Of a stretch of DNA of 46,788 nucleotides, positions 46,669 through 46,788 are shown one piece after another. The stretch is from Candidatus Aminicenantes bacterium (lineage in GTDB: Bacteria > Acidobacteriota > Aminicenantia > Aminicenantales > Aminicenantaceae), in contig JASFEP010000001.1 of assembly GCA_050124775.1 (NCBI GenBank), forward strand, positions 1 to 46,788. The letters run 5' to 3'. Each line of letters opens with the position of its first letter. Within the stretch, counting starts at the first letter, position 1. The notes under the pieces are model-generated. The model saw only the letters and a list, made by a program, of their open reading frames with translations. It had not been told where the DNA came from and ran no database searches. The position numbers and the translations under genes are program-made.

Positions 46669-46788
46669 TGAAAAGGGAGACAGACTCCGTTATCAAAATG
46701 GGGACTGGCTCCATTATCAAAATGGGGACTGGCTCCGCTGTCAAAATGGGGACTGGCTCCGCTGTCAAAATGGGGACTGGCTCCGAAA
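46669..46788. repeat. 24-bp head-to-tail tandem repeat, at least 5 units, truncated by the window end
   Basis: Unit tcaaaatggggactggctccgctg starts at 46693, 46717, 46741 and 46765. Unit-to-unit differences fall only in the last 4 nt. A degenerate unit (17/24) lies at 46669-46692. The array begins 54 nt upstream of the tsaD ATG. Confidence 0.9.

Noticed and set aside
46669-46788. The tandem array at the right edge could have been a CRISPR array.
   Set aside because: The units are 24 bp and directly abutting with no spacers, and no cas genes are present. It is a simple tandem repeat.

Overview
This window looks like ordinary chromosomal DNA from a diderm bacterium. Outer-membrane barrels, a TolC homologue, lipoboxes and AGGAGG-type ribosome-binding sites support that. 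An N-terminal domain resembling the 'VWFA-related acidobacterial' type suggests an Acidobacteria- or Aminicenantes-like lineage, but that is inference only. I support about 33 protein-coding genes. They include a REC-PAS-GAF hybrid histidine kinase, a TLC-type transporter fused to HEAT repeats followed by separate cNMP-binding and REC genes, a TetR gene coupled to fused isobutyryl-CoA mutase (icmF), purM, tsaD, an ECF sigma / anti-sigma / 2x DUF4097 operon, a roughly 1030-aa FAD/Fe-S oxidoreductase, an enolase-superfamily racemase with an amidohydrolase, and an envelope cluster (GT2, TolC, two tandem ~790-aa polytopic membrane paralogues, a TPR-metalloprotease). I recognised no rRNA, tRNA, CRISPR array, transposase, integrase or phage gene. 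Many ORF-track entries begin at TTG or GTG upstream of a better ATG with a Shine-Dalgarno site, so I trimmed those starts. The most unusual signal is non-coding. A family of ~190-220 bp intergenic elements bounded by terminal inverted repeats (5' ctggattattca ... tgaataatccag 3') occurs as 8 copies or fragments in 47 kb. The copies share a conserved core, stems that keep pairing through compensatory and strand-asymmetric G-U changes, and an AT-rich hairpin loop that differs in every copy. Three copies overlap the stop codon of a convergent gene and a fourth ends 3 nt from one. A 24-bp head-to-tail tandem repeat (at least 5 units) runs off the right edge, upstream of tsaD. Functional calls rest on motif recognition by eye and no searches were run.
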